The notes beneath the pieces are model-generated. The model saw only the letters and a program-made list of their open reading frames with translations, ran no database searches and was not told the origin of the DNA. This document shows positions 26,301 to 41,300 of a stretch of 64,000 bases of DNA, piece by piece. Location: contig OZ037767.1 in assembly GCA_964035545.1 (NCBI GenBank), forward strand, positions 14,183,801-14,247,800, given 5' to 3'. The DNA is from Bugula neritina (Eukaryota > Animalia > Bryozoa). Each line of letters begins with the position of its first letter. Position 1 is the stretch's first letter. The translations under genes were made by a program, and so were the position numbers.

Positions 26301-29300
26301 TTGGCACTTGTCAGGTCACTAAGTTTTAAATTACATAACAGGTTTCTAAAGTTCTAGGCTTTTGCATTCAAACAAGTCAGTTGTCGTTTGTTAAATGAGT
26401 AAAAACTACAAAACTACGATAAAAGCTATTTTAACTTAAAGTAATAAGTTTAACCTTAATTGAAATAGCCACGCACTCCAGACTGAATCTGAAGATATAA
26501 ATTATGTTTTGACATCTGTCAGATTTGACTGCAGAAGTCTGACAACCTGCTGTAAAAATAAGTGATGTTTCTGAGATGGCACAATCCAAACATATTTCAA
26601 CTTGGCTACAGATGTAACTTAAAAAACTTACAACAAAAAAAGAGATTAATTTTTCAATAAATTTATATACTTGTTTATTACGACTCAAATAAAAAAAGTC
26701 TAATCTGTTAGTTACTAACTTAAAAGATCTGTACTAATCATGGTGATGAGGATTTCTCACATTAACTGCAAAAGCATACAGATACAAGACTGAATATAGA
26801 ATACCCTGGGTACATAGACAAACTAGTTGCATGCTCTTGAAAATACATTAAAACAAACCACTAAGAGTTCAATAATATTTTTTCATTACAAAATCTATGA
26901 ACTCAATTCTACAGTAATGATTTTACTGGTTCAGGGTTGATGTATTTTCAGTTGGCAATATCTTAAAAACAATTGGCTTGTGACAAAAAAGACAGAGCTA
27001 AAGAATGCAATATCTATTGAATCCCTCTATGTCATGACTTATTGCATCTGGCCTCCATCTGCAAATTTCATTTATTATTCAGTCAATGTGCAGAATTGCT
27101 TCATTCTGATGTGTCATTAATCAATCTGACGCTGGAAGAGGCTGTCTTCGCCAACCTACTAAGGTCCATAACTCGAGCCCCCTAGTTTTAAAAGCCATTT
27201 TTTGCCAAATACTTTTTTCCAAGCAGTCTGTAGATTTGGCACACGGGATAGTTAAAAGTATCAGACAGATTTTTCTTATGAACTTGAAAAAAAATCAATT
27301 CAAAGATTTCCACTTAAGATCTGATGTTTACCCAGCAGGATTGGGGTTAGCTAATGCTATGGATTAGATCAACTGATAAGAAAAACTCAAAGTTTATTCT
27401 TTGCTTTTAAATCTAAAAGCAATCTTGCTGGAAACTTGAACTTCAATGCACAGCAAGATCAACAAAGTACTTCTCATGGAATTGCAATGGATGTGGCATG
27501 TGTTTAAATATAATCACGAGGTATCATTATAATGATCAAATTTGGGCGTTTAGTAACAGAAGCCCTAGCCGCCTAAGGCTACCTCACCAAATGTTTATTT
27601 AAACGAAAATACTTTTTATTTTTCAGTCTTTTACTAGTTCTCATGTAATTTATAACTCTTAGAAGTTCCACAAATCAGAAAAATCCAAAAAGAATTGCTG
27701 AACACAACTTTCAGGGTTTTTGTTTTAGCCTATCATCACTTCAGTTACAGTAAATAGAGCTGCCAAGGATTTGTCAACTTGATTTAAGACTGATGACAGG
27801 TGAACAAAAGCTTTCCTAGATCACATCATCAGCACTTAATAGAAGCCACCAGTCATTCCTTGAACAACTGTACAGAGTAACACTGACACAGACTAAAAGA
27901 AATATTGCAAAACTTAAATGACCAAACTTTAGAAGTGGAAATACATAAAACTGGTTGCTATGGTAACGCTAAGCGCCTGTAGTGTACCCAGCCATGAAAT
28001 AACTCAGTTGGCAATCATTTGATTCTTGCGTTTAAAAAGCATCACTGAAAGTTGGATTGGAAGGTAAAGACATGAAGTTCCAGCTTCTATACCATGTGAG
28101 AATATGAATCCTAGATATAATCATGAGATTGTGTTGGGTTGTGAAATGAAGGTTTAGTAAAGGCTTTTCACATATTTTACAGTATTATAATTGATTTGCT
28201 ACTAAAACATTAAGAAAATAACTACTGATGTTGCAATCATGGGTTTCTATGGCAACCGAATTTTTAGTTACAGGCTTCATACTTAATTCCCACACAGTTA
28301 TTAACTTTGTATATGCTAATATCCCCTGACATGGTTCAATGAAATAGCTTTGCGGTAGATAAAGCTATTCATCATCTCCTTTCCTATAATATTACCCAGC
28401 ACCAATCTTTGCCAGGTGTTTAGCCTTGTCTTTTTTTAGTTAGCTTTCGATAGCTACAATCACCCCTTCAAACCTCAACCCTTCAGATATGATACTTGCT
28501 AAAAATTTGTGGAAATCAACATGGCCGACGAAATTGCTAGATATAATGTAATTTGTCAACTAATCATAAACTGAATTTGAACTTCTATAATAAATTGTGT
28601 CTGAATATCCAAGTTATTAATTTCAGTTTCGATGAATTGCTTTTGAGACTAATCAGAAGGATGTTGTGTTTATGACAGCTCGACAATCAAGATAATAGCT
28701 TAGATTGTTGAAGCGCGACCTGGCCGTATCTTCAGTAAAGCTAATAGTGAATAAAGCATAGAGAAGTCAAGCTAATAGTGAAATGAATCTGGTGGTAAAT
28801 CAGAACTAGTAGTGAAATAGAACTGCTAGTAAAGTAGAGCTGATAGTGAAATGGAACTAAGACTAAAATAGAATTAATTGTGAATTAGAACTATAAGAGT
28901 AAAGCAAAATTAGGAGTGAAGGAAGACTAGCAATGAAGTAAGACTAGTAGTAAAGTAAGACTGCCATTGAAACAGACCAAGTAGTTGAGTAAAACTAGTG
29001 GAACTGATAATGGAGAGAATCCTTTTGGAATGGCGTCACACACAAACTCTCTGAGCGACAAAATCCCCACAGCCTCTCCAGAACTTTCTCTTAGCTAACT
29101 GAGTGACAAGTGCATCTAACAGTAGCCTCATAGTCTGTGTTGTCATGTTTCAAAAGGAAGGGCGTATCAACTTGAGACCCACATTAGCTGTGCATTGAGA
29201 TTAGGGAGGCAAGTGTGCCAGGATGTTGTTAAGTTGTCGAAACTGTCACATTAAATGAAAACTGCAAATGATACAGGAAAGACAGAAAGACAAACAATTT

Positions 29301-32300
29301 GGCTTTAAAGACATGTGTTAATATATTGTTATAGTTATAAATTATGATGCTGTCATTTATGAGTGACAAGCTGAATGAAGCTAGCTCCCTGATCACAGAT
29401 TGAACTGCCCTTGTGAAGGCGGACTAGGAATTGTGAATGAATTTTTCTCCCCTGATTGGCAGATACAGTTTACAGAATAAATCATGAAACAATACAAAAA
29501 TCAACTTTTCAAACTCTCTGCAGACTATACCAATAGCAAAATATATTGATAGAATTTTTAGATTTATATTCTTTCTTGATTATTATTTTAAATAGTAAAA
29601 AAATTTAAAAACTTAATAACACTGAAATGAAACAAGTTTTCTCATCTGCTGTAAAAAGCAGCATATAGCTTGTATAATAACTTTTTATTGAAAGCTGAAG
29701 TTTTTGAGCTGGACTTACAACTGCTTGCAAAATATATTAGATATTCAATGAATCCAATCGTATCATTTTTGAACTTTGCCTATGAGCTAAGTATTTAGTT
29801 AAATCACAAATGTTACAGTACAAAAATCTTTCTAATTTAAATATTTATGGTCATGAAAAATATATAATCACACTTTTCATGGCAAAAAATGCTATAATTT
29901 AGTAAAGCCCTTAGTGTCAGGGATCAGCTTGCACAGCTGTTTCAGGGTTGCGTAATATTTGCATGCATGCAGAGAGCAATTTTTCTGAGATGAGTAAAAT
30001 AGTGCATTAATTAATAACAATCATAATAATTCAAATATGTACTGATATTATTATTTTTGATTGCAAATTAATTAATTTATTCATGATTAATGTATTTCGC
30101 TGCAAGCAAATTTTTATTCCTCAAATTCCAAACATAAAAGAGCATATTTTAAGTTAGTTATGGAGCATAATAGCATTTTACTGTCTAATAAAGCAGTTAC
30201 CTAATATGGTGACTGCCATAAAGCTTTTTATAAGGTTAGTAATTATAAATAGATATATTCGTAAAATAGGAATGTCCCAAATGGTTTATCTCAGTACATC
30301 TCGAAAGTCTTAACCCTTTCATCTCCTTTGAACAATATCCTCATATAGTGAGGCATAAAATGATGAATTTAGATAACAACTGTTGGAATCTTGAACACTA
30401 GTACTGCACTATCTAAGAGATGAGAGATAGTCTAGTTTTACAATGACATACCCTGCTCACTTCCATCCTCTTCTAAACTATCCGGTGGATGCAGCGACAC
30501 GCTGCTTTGTCTGCTGACGTCGTGCATACCCTGATGTGGCTGCTGGCGTGATGTCATATCCTCTCCTCGACTTGAAGCCATCATTTGATTGGAGTGTGAT
30601 ACGGACATCATGGTGGATGGCGAAGATGTTACGTGACTTTGCGCTGGTAGATATTGAGACATGCCGCCATGTAAAGATGGAGGCCGAACCTAAAAGAAAA
30701 TTGTTAAAATGAGGTTTTCAAAGTTTTTTTTTTAAAATAAGGAGTTTGTAAATTATGAAGAAAATGTCGGCTGGTTTGTGACGTCAGATGAATAAGAATA
30801 TGGGTGGCCAAGTAAAAAAATTGTGATCAAATTAACTTTGACCAACCTCATTAACCTACAGGTATTCTATCTCCTACCTCCCTCCCTCCCCCAGCATCAA
30901 CAGAGAAAGAATTCCTTGCAAGAGATGAACAATTGATGGACTCCCCTTTCATCTTCAATTTACCGTAAAACTTTCATTTTCTTAGATTAAAAAAGAACAT
31001 TTAAGCTCTTTTGGATGTTTTCAACTTTACTATAAACAAAATCTAAAAACTGTCAAACATTTCTTTTGGATAGTAAAGAAATAGCGTCTCATTTAAAAGC
31101 TGTTCGAATTGGCAGATAAATACTGTGAACATCGATTGCAAATTTTGTAAAAACAATATCAGACCCGAACATATATAAAAAGGAATCCCAAAAGCTTATC
31201 TGCTCGATTAAGCCTTAATACAAAAGATTTGAGACAGCTAGAGCATCTATTTACTCACAACGTGTCCTGTTAATTGCTTTTTAACAGCATGACTAATTCA
31301 ACAGTCAATTACAATTGTGTAAGCAAATTGTGGGAAAATCAAAGAATACTTTTAAAACCCTCAGAATGATTCTATTGAAGGACTAATTATGTCACCAGAC
31401 AATGATAGATGGTAGATAATCTATGCAGTTTCTGCATGTCTCTAGATATTACGTAACTTTGCAAAAAGCTATGGGAACTTTGTTCAAATGTGCAACAATA
31501 GTGTACATCATTAGTACGAGTATATACATAACTACCTACACTACTGCAGTATCTGTCTTATAAACACAATTTTAGCCTTAAAAAGATTCACCTGAGAAAA
31601 AAATATAAAATTAGTATTTTTTGTACATTCGGCGAGATTAGCTGGTAACTTCCTGGATCACAATAAGAAAATATATTAATTCTTTGTTTTGATAGAAGCT
31701 GAGCAAGTATAGAGTAGTGATTTCATCACTAGTATTAAAGTTATACTCAAAACAATGTGCCAGCTTAAAGCCAAACTTGGTCAAGTGTCAACGTGTGAAT
31801 ATATTATTCATTATAATATAAGATCAAGTTGAACAAGTTGCTAATGAAGGTTTATTGCTTTGCAATAGCAATTGTAAACAAAATTTGAAATTAAAATTAA
31901 TAAAATTTAACTTCAGCTTTAAGAAAACAAAACTTGCTTAAATAGTCAGTATAAAATTAATTGAGTTTTAGCAATTTAATGTAAGGTTTGTGTTTATTGC
32001 TTATATGGCCCCATTATTGAAATAATGAGAAAAAGTGCAGTATGTTTAATTTTTATCTTATAGAAAACATGACATCAACTAAAATTGTAAAGCCACTGCT
32101 GTAGGTTACAAAATCAATTATTGTAAGTTCAAAAGGTCATTTAGAATTAGCGTTATAAGTTCAAAAGTCATTCTATTGTAACCATGTTTTGTGTCATTAA
32201 AAAGTAGCTGGCATAAAACAGCTGATAAAACTTACTAAGCAAAATATTATGATAATATTTTTAAGGGAATGTAAACAATACTAATATTTCTTTAGAAACT

Positions 32301-35300
32301 GAAAAGATCGTATCATGGTGTCTTGATGAATTCTAATTTTAACTTTCATTTCCTATACAGCTATTTGATTTATCATTTATATGATTTATTATGGATATGT
32401 CAGCTAAGATTATGACTAGTAGATATATTACAACCATTACTTAAGGTAAATAGCATCTCAAAATGAAAACAATTAAAATAAATGCTGCAAATATTTTCCG
32501 TAGCCATTTAAAGTTTTGTGCATTGCTTAATCACCTATCCTTAAATCACCAAAAAAAGTAATCACCCAAATAGAACGTAACAAAAAAGTTTCAAAGTGCA
32601 ATCTAAAGCATATCCAAACTGCAATCTGAAACATATTAATCTATCAAAAGTGTAATCTAAACCATATTAATGTGTATCGTATGGTATAAGGCACTATATT
32701 TTTTGCCCATTAATTTTAAGGCATAGACATTGAGGCCTTCACGTGTCAGAAGTGGATGGGTATATAACACTTTCACATAAATGTGTAAATACTTAATAAT
32801 ATAGGCAACTTTAAAGACAATCATATATACATGTGTATTACTTAAATATTTCTGCTATTGAAATACAGGCTTCAAGTTCTAATCTATTCAGTAAGTTGAA
32901 AGCAGAAATTTTAGCAAAATAATCTCATCATCGAAGAAAAGATGTCCCCAAAGATTTACACCTATATTTAAGGTTTCCTTTTTCAGGATCTAAATTATTA
33001 ATTCATCATCCGCGAATTCCAGTTCCCCCAATAGACGTGCTTTATCCAAAATCCTATTTATTTCACAACTGAATTAAAACCTTATTTCAGGCATTCATCC
33101 AAATGGAAAGATTTATGTATATAAAAACTCAACAAAGACAATTTTGTTTAAGTGGCTACTGAAAGCAAATGGCATGAAATTCAGTTTGTGAACATAAATG
33201 ATAGAACAGCTTTTCTACAGCTTATTTGGAGACAAAAAATGTTTAATGGATATTTTTGCCATTTGATGTTGAATTCTTTTTTACTTACAGGGTCTATGTG
33301 TGGACTTCTGGGTTCTAGAACAGAGTCTACTGATGCTGTACTGGGACGCCTCCCATCACCCCCTTCTGACTCTTGCTCATCCACTATTAGATCCATGGGC
33401 ATCTTTCCTTTTAGGCATCCGATATATTTAGTGCAGAAGTTATTACATAGTTCGTGAACCTAAAATATATTCATAAACTTGAAATACAGATATATGCAGA
33501 CAACTTAGCTCCCAACAGCCACAAACTGATGTAAAAATCTCTAACGGTAGAAAATAATTGATTAATATTTAGATTAGACATGCAAATGAAAGTTTTGCAC
33601 CACCCTAACCCATAAATGCCTAATCGACCCCATAGTTACAGGGACTTAAACAGCTTGCAATGCATTCATAGAATTCATAATAATTTCAAACATATGTTTT
33701 AATCACAATACTAGTTTGATTGTCTGTGATATTGCTATGATGAAGTTGAGCATGGGCTAGCAGTAAATGTTTGTAAAACAAACAGATTTAAAGCCCAAAT
33801 AATTAATGTAAAAGAAGAGCATATTTTAGTTTAACATGCCGAGTAATATGCAATGCTTATTGAATGTAATTATCCCGTAGGTTTTATTTACTCTCTTGGA
33901 GCGCCTTGATCTCTTCTAATTAGATATCTTGTAATTAATGAGCAGAGCATTCAGACATCATTGGTCTAATTATGTGTTCCTGAGTGTCAATACATGTAAT
34001 AACTGTCATGTCTGATATTTTATGAAAGATTAGTAGAGTGTATACAAGCCCTATCTGTCTGTCTGGCCTTTGTTTATAACCAGAGTGAGTATGACAGGAT
34101 AATTATAACTCCCACAAATCATATCATAAATTACACAAGTTATTACACATACACAAATCATATGGGAAATTGATACACACTTGTAGCCATGAGCAATTAG
34201 TTAATAACCGAAGGCAGATAACATATTCATAATGTGTAAATAAAATAAATTGAATTAAAATGTTTAAGTTAAATGCGGTAGATAGTAATTTCTGGCAAGA
34301 TAGATAAGGAGTCTATATAATAATGTTTGATAGTTAGCGAACATTTAGCATCTGACATGATTCTGCATCTATATGTGCATTTTTAATAGCCTGAATTCTT
34401 TAATTTTCTCAGTAAATTTAGCCTTGGGAGTAGGGTTGGAAAAATATAAAGTTTGTTTTCTTAGTTTGCTTTTTTAGGACTTACAGATATGCAGGATTTT
34501 TTAATTTCTTCTTTGCTGTGCTCACCTCAATTCAAATCGTACAAATTTTACAAGGCAAAAACAAACAAGGGATGTTGGTCATGTGTTGACAGGCTTGCAA
34601 GGTGTCAAAGTGTCAGCTTTTAAAGAAATATTTCACTGACTTACAGAAAAACTTTTATTTTAAGAACTAAATAGTGCATAAATGTTCAATAATTATTAAT
34701 TTCATTCAACCTGACAAATCATGCTTTGATTTTTATTTAAGTGTTATTAAAATATTCATTCCCATGAAGAACTTTAATTAAATACTCATTAATTGCATTT
34801 GAATAAAGTTGTATGGAGATTTGGCAAAGAGAGATGTAATGTGATGCAGTAGAGATGAGAATACGTGTTGTATATATTTAAATGAATATAGATAATATAT
34901 TCACCTCATACCTACACTGAACATGTCAATGAATTTTAAAGACATCTTGATGAATGATGGTTTGCAAATCTATAAAAAGAAAGCTAGCCCAAAATTACTT
35001 GCTAATTTTAAAAATAAATGTTTACACCATAAAATAAAATTTGGAAAAAAACATTTTTATAGAAAAAAATTCAAAGAGTGTCATTAAATTGAAATGATAG
35101 TAAAGTTGGTAACCCGAATAATAAATATATGCATAGCTTGCATAAACCTTTCAGGGTCAACCCCATTGAGATAATAAATAAGTCATATATGCAGATTATT
35201 GAAGTCTGGGATACAGTAATTAGACCATTCTAGTTACTAAATCATAAAACCTTTTAGGTTTTTTTTACAAGAACTTTAATGCAAAAATTATTCTTTTGAT

Positions 35301-38300
35301 GTGAAAAAGAGGAGCTGGATTAGAGAGCAAAAGGGTCTTACGCAATAACCAATTAGCTTGGAAGGTTTCGAATGATTTGTATATCAAAAGAGTTGAAATA
35401 AAGTGAGTTATGTATTAATGTCTGACTTTTTTTAAAGCTGATAAGTTGAGTTCTGGCATAATCTAGTTGCAAGAAGCTTCGACCGCAGGCATTTAAAATA
35501 GTTATTTGCTGTTATGACTGAATATAGAAAGATTAAAAAGCTTTCCTTAAACTTGGCATTCTGAAAAACTCAATAAAGCTATTATTTACCAGCAATATTA
35601 TATTTTTAAGTATATATTACTAAATACCAACAAAATACGATTTAAAATAAATAAGATTGCAATTTCTTATTTTTTAATTCAATCTGTCAATTTTAAAAAA
35701 CATAAATAATTTTTCTTTGAAATTCTTTTATACTAAAATAGGAAATATTCTAGTTATTATTTCAAAACTTCAATAAAAGCTGAAAAAAAAGATTAGGCTT
35801 GTGATAATGATGATGCAACTATAAGTTTTTTTTATAAATTTTTGGCTGCCAACTGAATTGCAGATGCAACAGCTTCTAAAAATACTTGAAACTATTTTTC
35901 CCTAGTAAATAATGAAGTTGATGTTTAGAACTCAATGCTCTGCAAAAGAATGTACATTTTCAATAGTTTATGTTATTATTGTATTATACCTTTTATTTTT
36001 GAAACTGCAACATGTTACTCTGCTCTAAAATTTCAATTTTGCTAAGTTTATTTATAAGGTTTCTTCATTTTGAACTTTTTGTCTCTAAGTTCGCTTTGTG
36101 CCACATTGTATAAAACTAGGACCAAAGATTGTTCATATCTCAAAGTATTTAATACTTTCTTATATCTATGGATTGTTATGAATAGTCACAATGAATGAAT
36201 GTCATAACATTAAACTAATAGAATGAGAGAAATAGTACATCTTAAATCCTGCTGCTTGTTTCAAAGTATGTGGTTAAAAAGGGAATAAAATATAGCTAGC
36301 TAAAATTTATAGACAAAACTTTAAATATCCATAAAATGGAACTTCTTAATTCCATACTACTGTATAAAACAATAATTAGATTGCAGAAAATGCTAGTATT
36401 GAACTATACAGATGGTGACCTACATAGCACAATGGTTTGGGATCCTAAAATACTACTTTGAATACACCGCATTGTAATATACATAATGAGGTTTATATAC
36501 ACACCCTAACTGTAGCCAATAGGGGAAGAAATTAAAAGAAATTTTTTAAGTTTATGGTTAATAGAGAGAAACATTACTACAATCTTTTAAGCCAAATTTT
36601 GCTTTATGACAAATCAATTTTTAGAAACCTTCTTTTGAGACTTTAAAAATATTAGTACCGGAAAATTGCATAAAACTATCGAATATAAAAAAAATGATTT
36701 AATAAATTGGGTTGGTTTGCAAGACATTTTATATTTATATTTGCTGATTTGAAAATCAGTTACAATGCTGATTGCTATAGTCTAAAATATTTTCTATTAG
36801 CTTGCTGTAAATACAACTAATATATTATAGCTATAAATATTTCAACCGCCAAAGCTATACAACTTTACTGCTTATGCTGTTGTAAATGCATGAACATAAT
36901 ATAACTATTTATTTTTATTTGTACAGTATCTAAACAGTTGTGCAGCATCATAAAATTATTGCGTGGGCATGCAGTGTTTAACTACTCAGCTTGCTTTGTA
37001 TCTAGCCATTTTGCAGTCACTGTTGTTGGTCACAAAAACTGCCACCATGGTTATCATTTTAAATAGCAAAACTAATTGCTATTATTATTATATTAATTTA
37101 ATTTATTATTAAAGATAGTTTTTTGAGTGCCCAGGGTCCTTGGTTAAGCCAATCAGCATAGCTTAGTCAGGCTTTTGCTGATTATTGTACCACACAGAAT
37201 AATACAAACCTAGTAAAATTATATTTAGAATTTAGGCTCTGTGTGCATGGAATATCAACTAACGATGTATTAAACTCAAACTGCACATGGATGGGATTTA
37301 AACTTTACATGCACTTGGAATACCACGACTAGCATTAGAAGCACGAAGCTTCTTGACAGCATTAGTAAAAGTTATGCTATAGGCTGATAACTTGTAACAG
37401 AGAATGGTATTGGCTAGTTAGAACATCATATAAGTTCTAGAAATGCTATCATCAAAATGCAGTTGGCTGCTAACAAACAAGCCTACTGCCTTTTGATTCA
37501 CATATATTTTACATTCTTGGCATGTAACCACGGTAACGGTAGTTTAGCTCTTACCTTTTCTATTTCAAGTAGGTGAAACCGTAGGACTTGTATTGCCTGC
37601 ACCATCTGTAATAAAACGTATTGGCTAACTTATTATATTCTCCACAACAGTCTTTTAATGAATATATTTATCAGTGTAGCATATTAACTAGTATTCGGAG
37701 CATAACGTTGTTAATCGACAACTGAAGTAAAATATTTCACATATTGAAGAGCTTGCCTAAAGTAAGCTTATTGAGTATAACAGAGAAAAGGTTTAGCTGT
37801 ATGGTGGGTAAATTATATTAATGTAAGACAAGCTAGGATAGTGTAGTGTATGGTAGAGCAGAATATAGGGTACTGTAGAGAGGGCAGCCTAGGGGAAGGT
37901 ACTGTAGGACAGGGTAATTCAAGGCTGTGTAGGCAGGACAGAGTGGGGGTAATGTGACATAGGGTAGGGAAAAGTAGAATACTGCAAGAGAAAAGGTAGA
38001 GTAGGAAAATGCAGGGTAATTTAAGGCTACATAAAGCACAATAAAATAGGGTAGGGTACTGTAAGATGGGAAAATTTAGTCTAGAGTAAAAGAAGCAGTT
38101 AGAGAAACATATGTTATACTGCACTGTATATTGTATGATAAGGATGAAAGCAGCAAAATAATCAATTGAAGAAACTGCCCCTTTTTCTAAAGATGAACAA
38201 TAAATAGATAGTTTTTAGTATTGAGCAGGGCATCTTAACCTGGATATGAGTGAATAAAGTGAACTACATTTAGGATGAATATTATATAACAATGATCTCC

Positions 38301-41300
38301 GTCAACCGTAACTGACATGTTTTAGGAAACTATTTGATTTAGAAATTGGCTCCCATTACTTACCAAACTGTCTAGCTCATGATTGGCAGTGAAATATGGC
38401 TTCTTGGCTCTAGCCTACAGAAACACAAAATATTTATATATTACGCAGCAAGCAAAAAGCAGAAGCCATCATTCACTGAAATGCCGGAAACCGGGGATAC
38501 ATTTTTAAGCCAATAGTTGCGGTAGAGAAGTAATGAGATAGTAGAGATTTCTGTTTGGTTGTTGATTAGTTCAGTCGGCTAATGGAAAAGACTAGAATTA
38601 TGTTGATGGGAATTGGTAAACCTCTAGAGTTAGTAGCTACTAGTGTGGTAGATGAATTAATTGATGGTAACCTTTGGTTTAACACTCTGCGTCCCATCTC
38701 GGCTGGTTGACTCAGCACTTCTAAGCAAGCAGTTCATGACACAAACCGCAAAATAAGAATAATACAGAAAGTATAAGAATTAATACCGAGTTTAAGGCAT
38801 GTTGCAATACTAGTTATAATAAACCCTGGGAATTAGTATCCACCACTCTAAAACACTATAAGACATATATAACCCACTTTCCAGACACTAGACCTAATTC
38901 TTGGTAAAACCTGGAGATGATTTGTTAGAGGTGAAATATTTATAAATAGTTATGACTGTTTAACCTTTCAAAAATAGAAATGCTAAATGAAATAATTTCA
39001 ATTTTCAGATGAGCAAGGATATTTCTTGTAATAGAAATGTGTCATGCAATAAAAAAATATATCAAAGCTGAGTCTGTAATGTCTACTGCAATTAATAACC
39101 ACGACCAACCTGTTTGGCAAAGACAGCGATATCTTCGTTGAATGATTCAGAAGAACAGACGTCATTTTTTGGGTTTGCATCTCGACTAGTGGACGTGGCT
39201 ATTTCACATTTATTGAATATAAGGTCCAGTAGAGGGAAGAATGGATGCCTAAGAAATCATAAAAAGTGAACTTTATGATTGCTTAATCCAGATAAAGAAA
39301 TGCCTCGCTTAGAGAGTTTAGAAAACTTAATCTAATAAGATTTCTTCTGATTTATGTTTTCCACACCCTTCTATGATATATTAAGCTACTTTCACTTCAC
39401 TCACGCTTTCATCTGGTAGCTGAAAGTTATTAATCATAAAGATTGGAGAACAACGTTTCACATAGAGTTATCCTTCCAATTCTAGCAGCAAAAGTTAAAT
39501 GAAGTAGATTTTCTTTCTTTATTACAAATTGAAAAAGTTTGACAGTTACTGTAAAAATTTATTTACATGAAGTTTCATTTTGTGCCAGTTTTTTATAATT
39601 TTATTATAATACAAAAATTCAACAGATTACTAGTACTAACTTTTTGTTAAATAGTGCTATATTTATCAAAATATTTCTATTTCATTCAGAAAATTAATTT
39701 ATTTCTGTTCAAAATGCTTGTATAGTCTCCTTTATCAATTAAACATGCAGCATGATTAAGTGAATTCCTCATATGAAGTTTATAACTTGGTTCTTTTGAT
39801 TAGCTGAGAGTAAACAGATAAATGGATACTAAAACATTATTCAATCAATAGTGTGAAATTAGTAGGATTGTTTTTCCGCTTTGATTTATTTATTTACAAA
39901 AGTTTACGTTAATTGATAAAAAGATAACTCAAAGTCATCGGGTTCAATCGAGTCTCGCCAATGTTTGTAAACTTAGATAACTGAATATAAAACTTGGGCC
40001 TTATCTTTGAAGAAATGGTTAGCTTAAGTTCTTAACTTATCAATAGGTATTATTAGCAGCACCCCAACATTAAGTCAACAGCTGCAGTAGAGATTCTAAA
40101 CTGGTATAGTGGGTAAGGTAACGGAGTACATGCGAAGATAACGAAAAATGTACAATTGTAAAAATAATTCTTAGTGTAAAATAAATTACTCTAGCTGGAG
40201 TCGAACCCCCAGCATTCTAGTTTGCTAGCAGCATATTATTAACCATCGAGCTATAAGAGCTACAAGCAATTTCAAACATTACACTCAACTTATAGAACCT
40301 GGACACTTTGATGTTTTACAGAAGTGAAAGGACATGCCGTATGATATTAACTGAAAAAGTACTAAAATTTTAGTTTGAGTTGAGAAAAGTTTCATTTACT
40401 AATCTGTAAGATAAAGATCACAAAGGATATAATCATCCCAAGTTATTACACAGTGCTGAATGCACCCAACAAGGATAATGAAAGGTCTTGCTTACAGCAA
40501 TAAAACATTTGCAGTTACATTATCAACACTGGAATGGTAAGGGGAGGCGATTTAGAATAACAGCTGATAAACAATGATCATATTAAACTAACTTTACTGC
40601 TTTATTTGTCTACATTTCTAACTTAGTTTAATTGAATAATAAAACAAGTTTTATCTTACACTGAAAGTGGCAGATTCATTGCCACCTGCAACCTTGACTG
40701 CTAAGAAATTGCCAGGAAATATCAGTTGAAAATATTATTGCTTGGAGTTACTTTTATAGAATAATAATGTATCAAGATGGTACGAGATATTTCAAACATG
40801 AAATAGATTGTAAAATCATTAAATCGGCAAGAGAAAAAAGTAAAAGTGGAAATGCTAATGACAAGATGATGACTGTAATATTACACAGTACTCACTCATA
40901 AATTGCTTTCTTATCTAAAGCTATCTGTTGCTCACTAACTTCTGGTAGAGGGGCTGTGGGGGCGCCTCCTGAAGTCGCTGCATTTGTGTAGGAGCTCATA
41001 GCCTACAAAATATCACCATAATGATTGTCAAGTAGAGATGACAAAATATGAAACTCTTTCGACACATTTCAGGCCTTAAGGAAAGGAACATTTCTCTACC
41101 CCAGCTATAAATAATGCTTACAATGGTTTAAAAAAGAATATTGTTCAATGCTACCCACGAGAAATAGTTCTGACCTATAAAGTTCATTTAAACGATGAAC
41201 GCATTGAATTTACAGATAGGGCTTGTTCAATAAGTGAAATATAATGACATGTTTTCCTTATGACCTCATATCCTACTTAAGGTTGCAACTAGTTGCTTGA

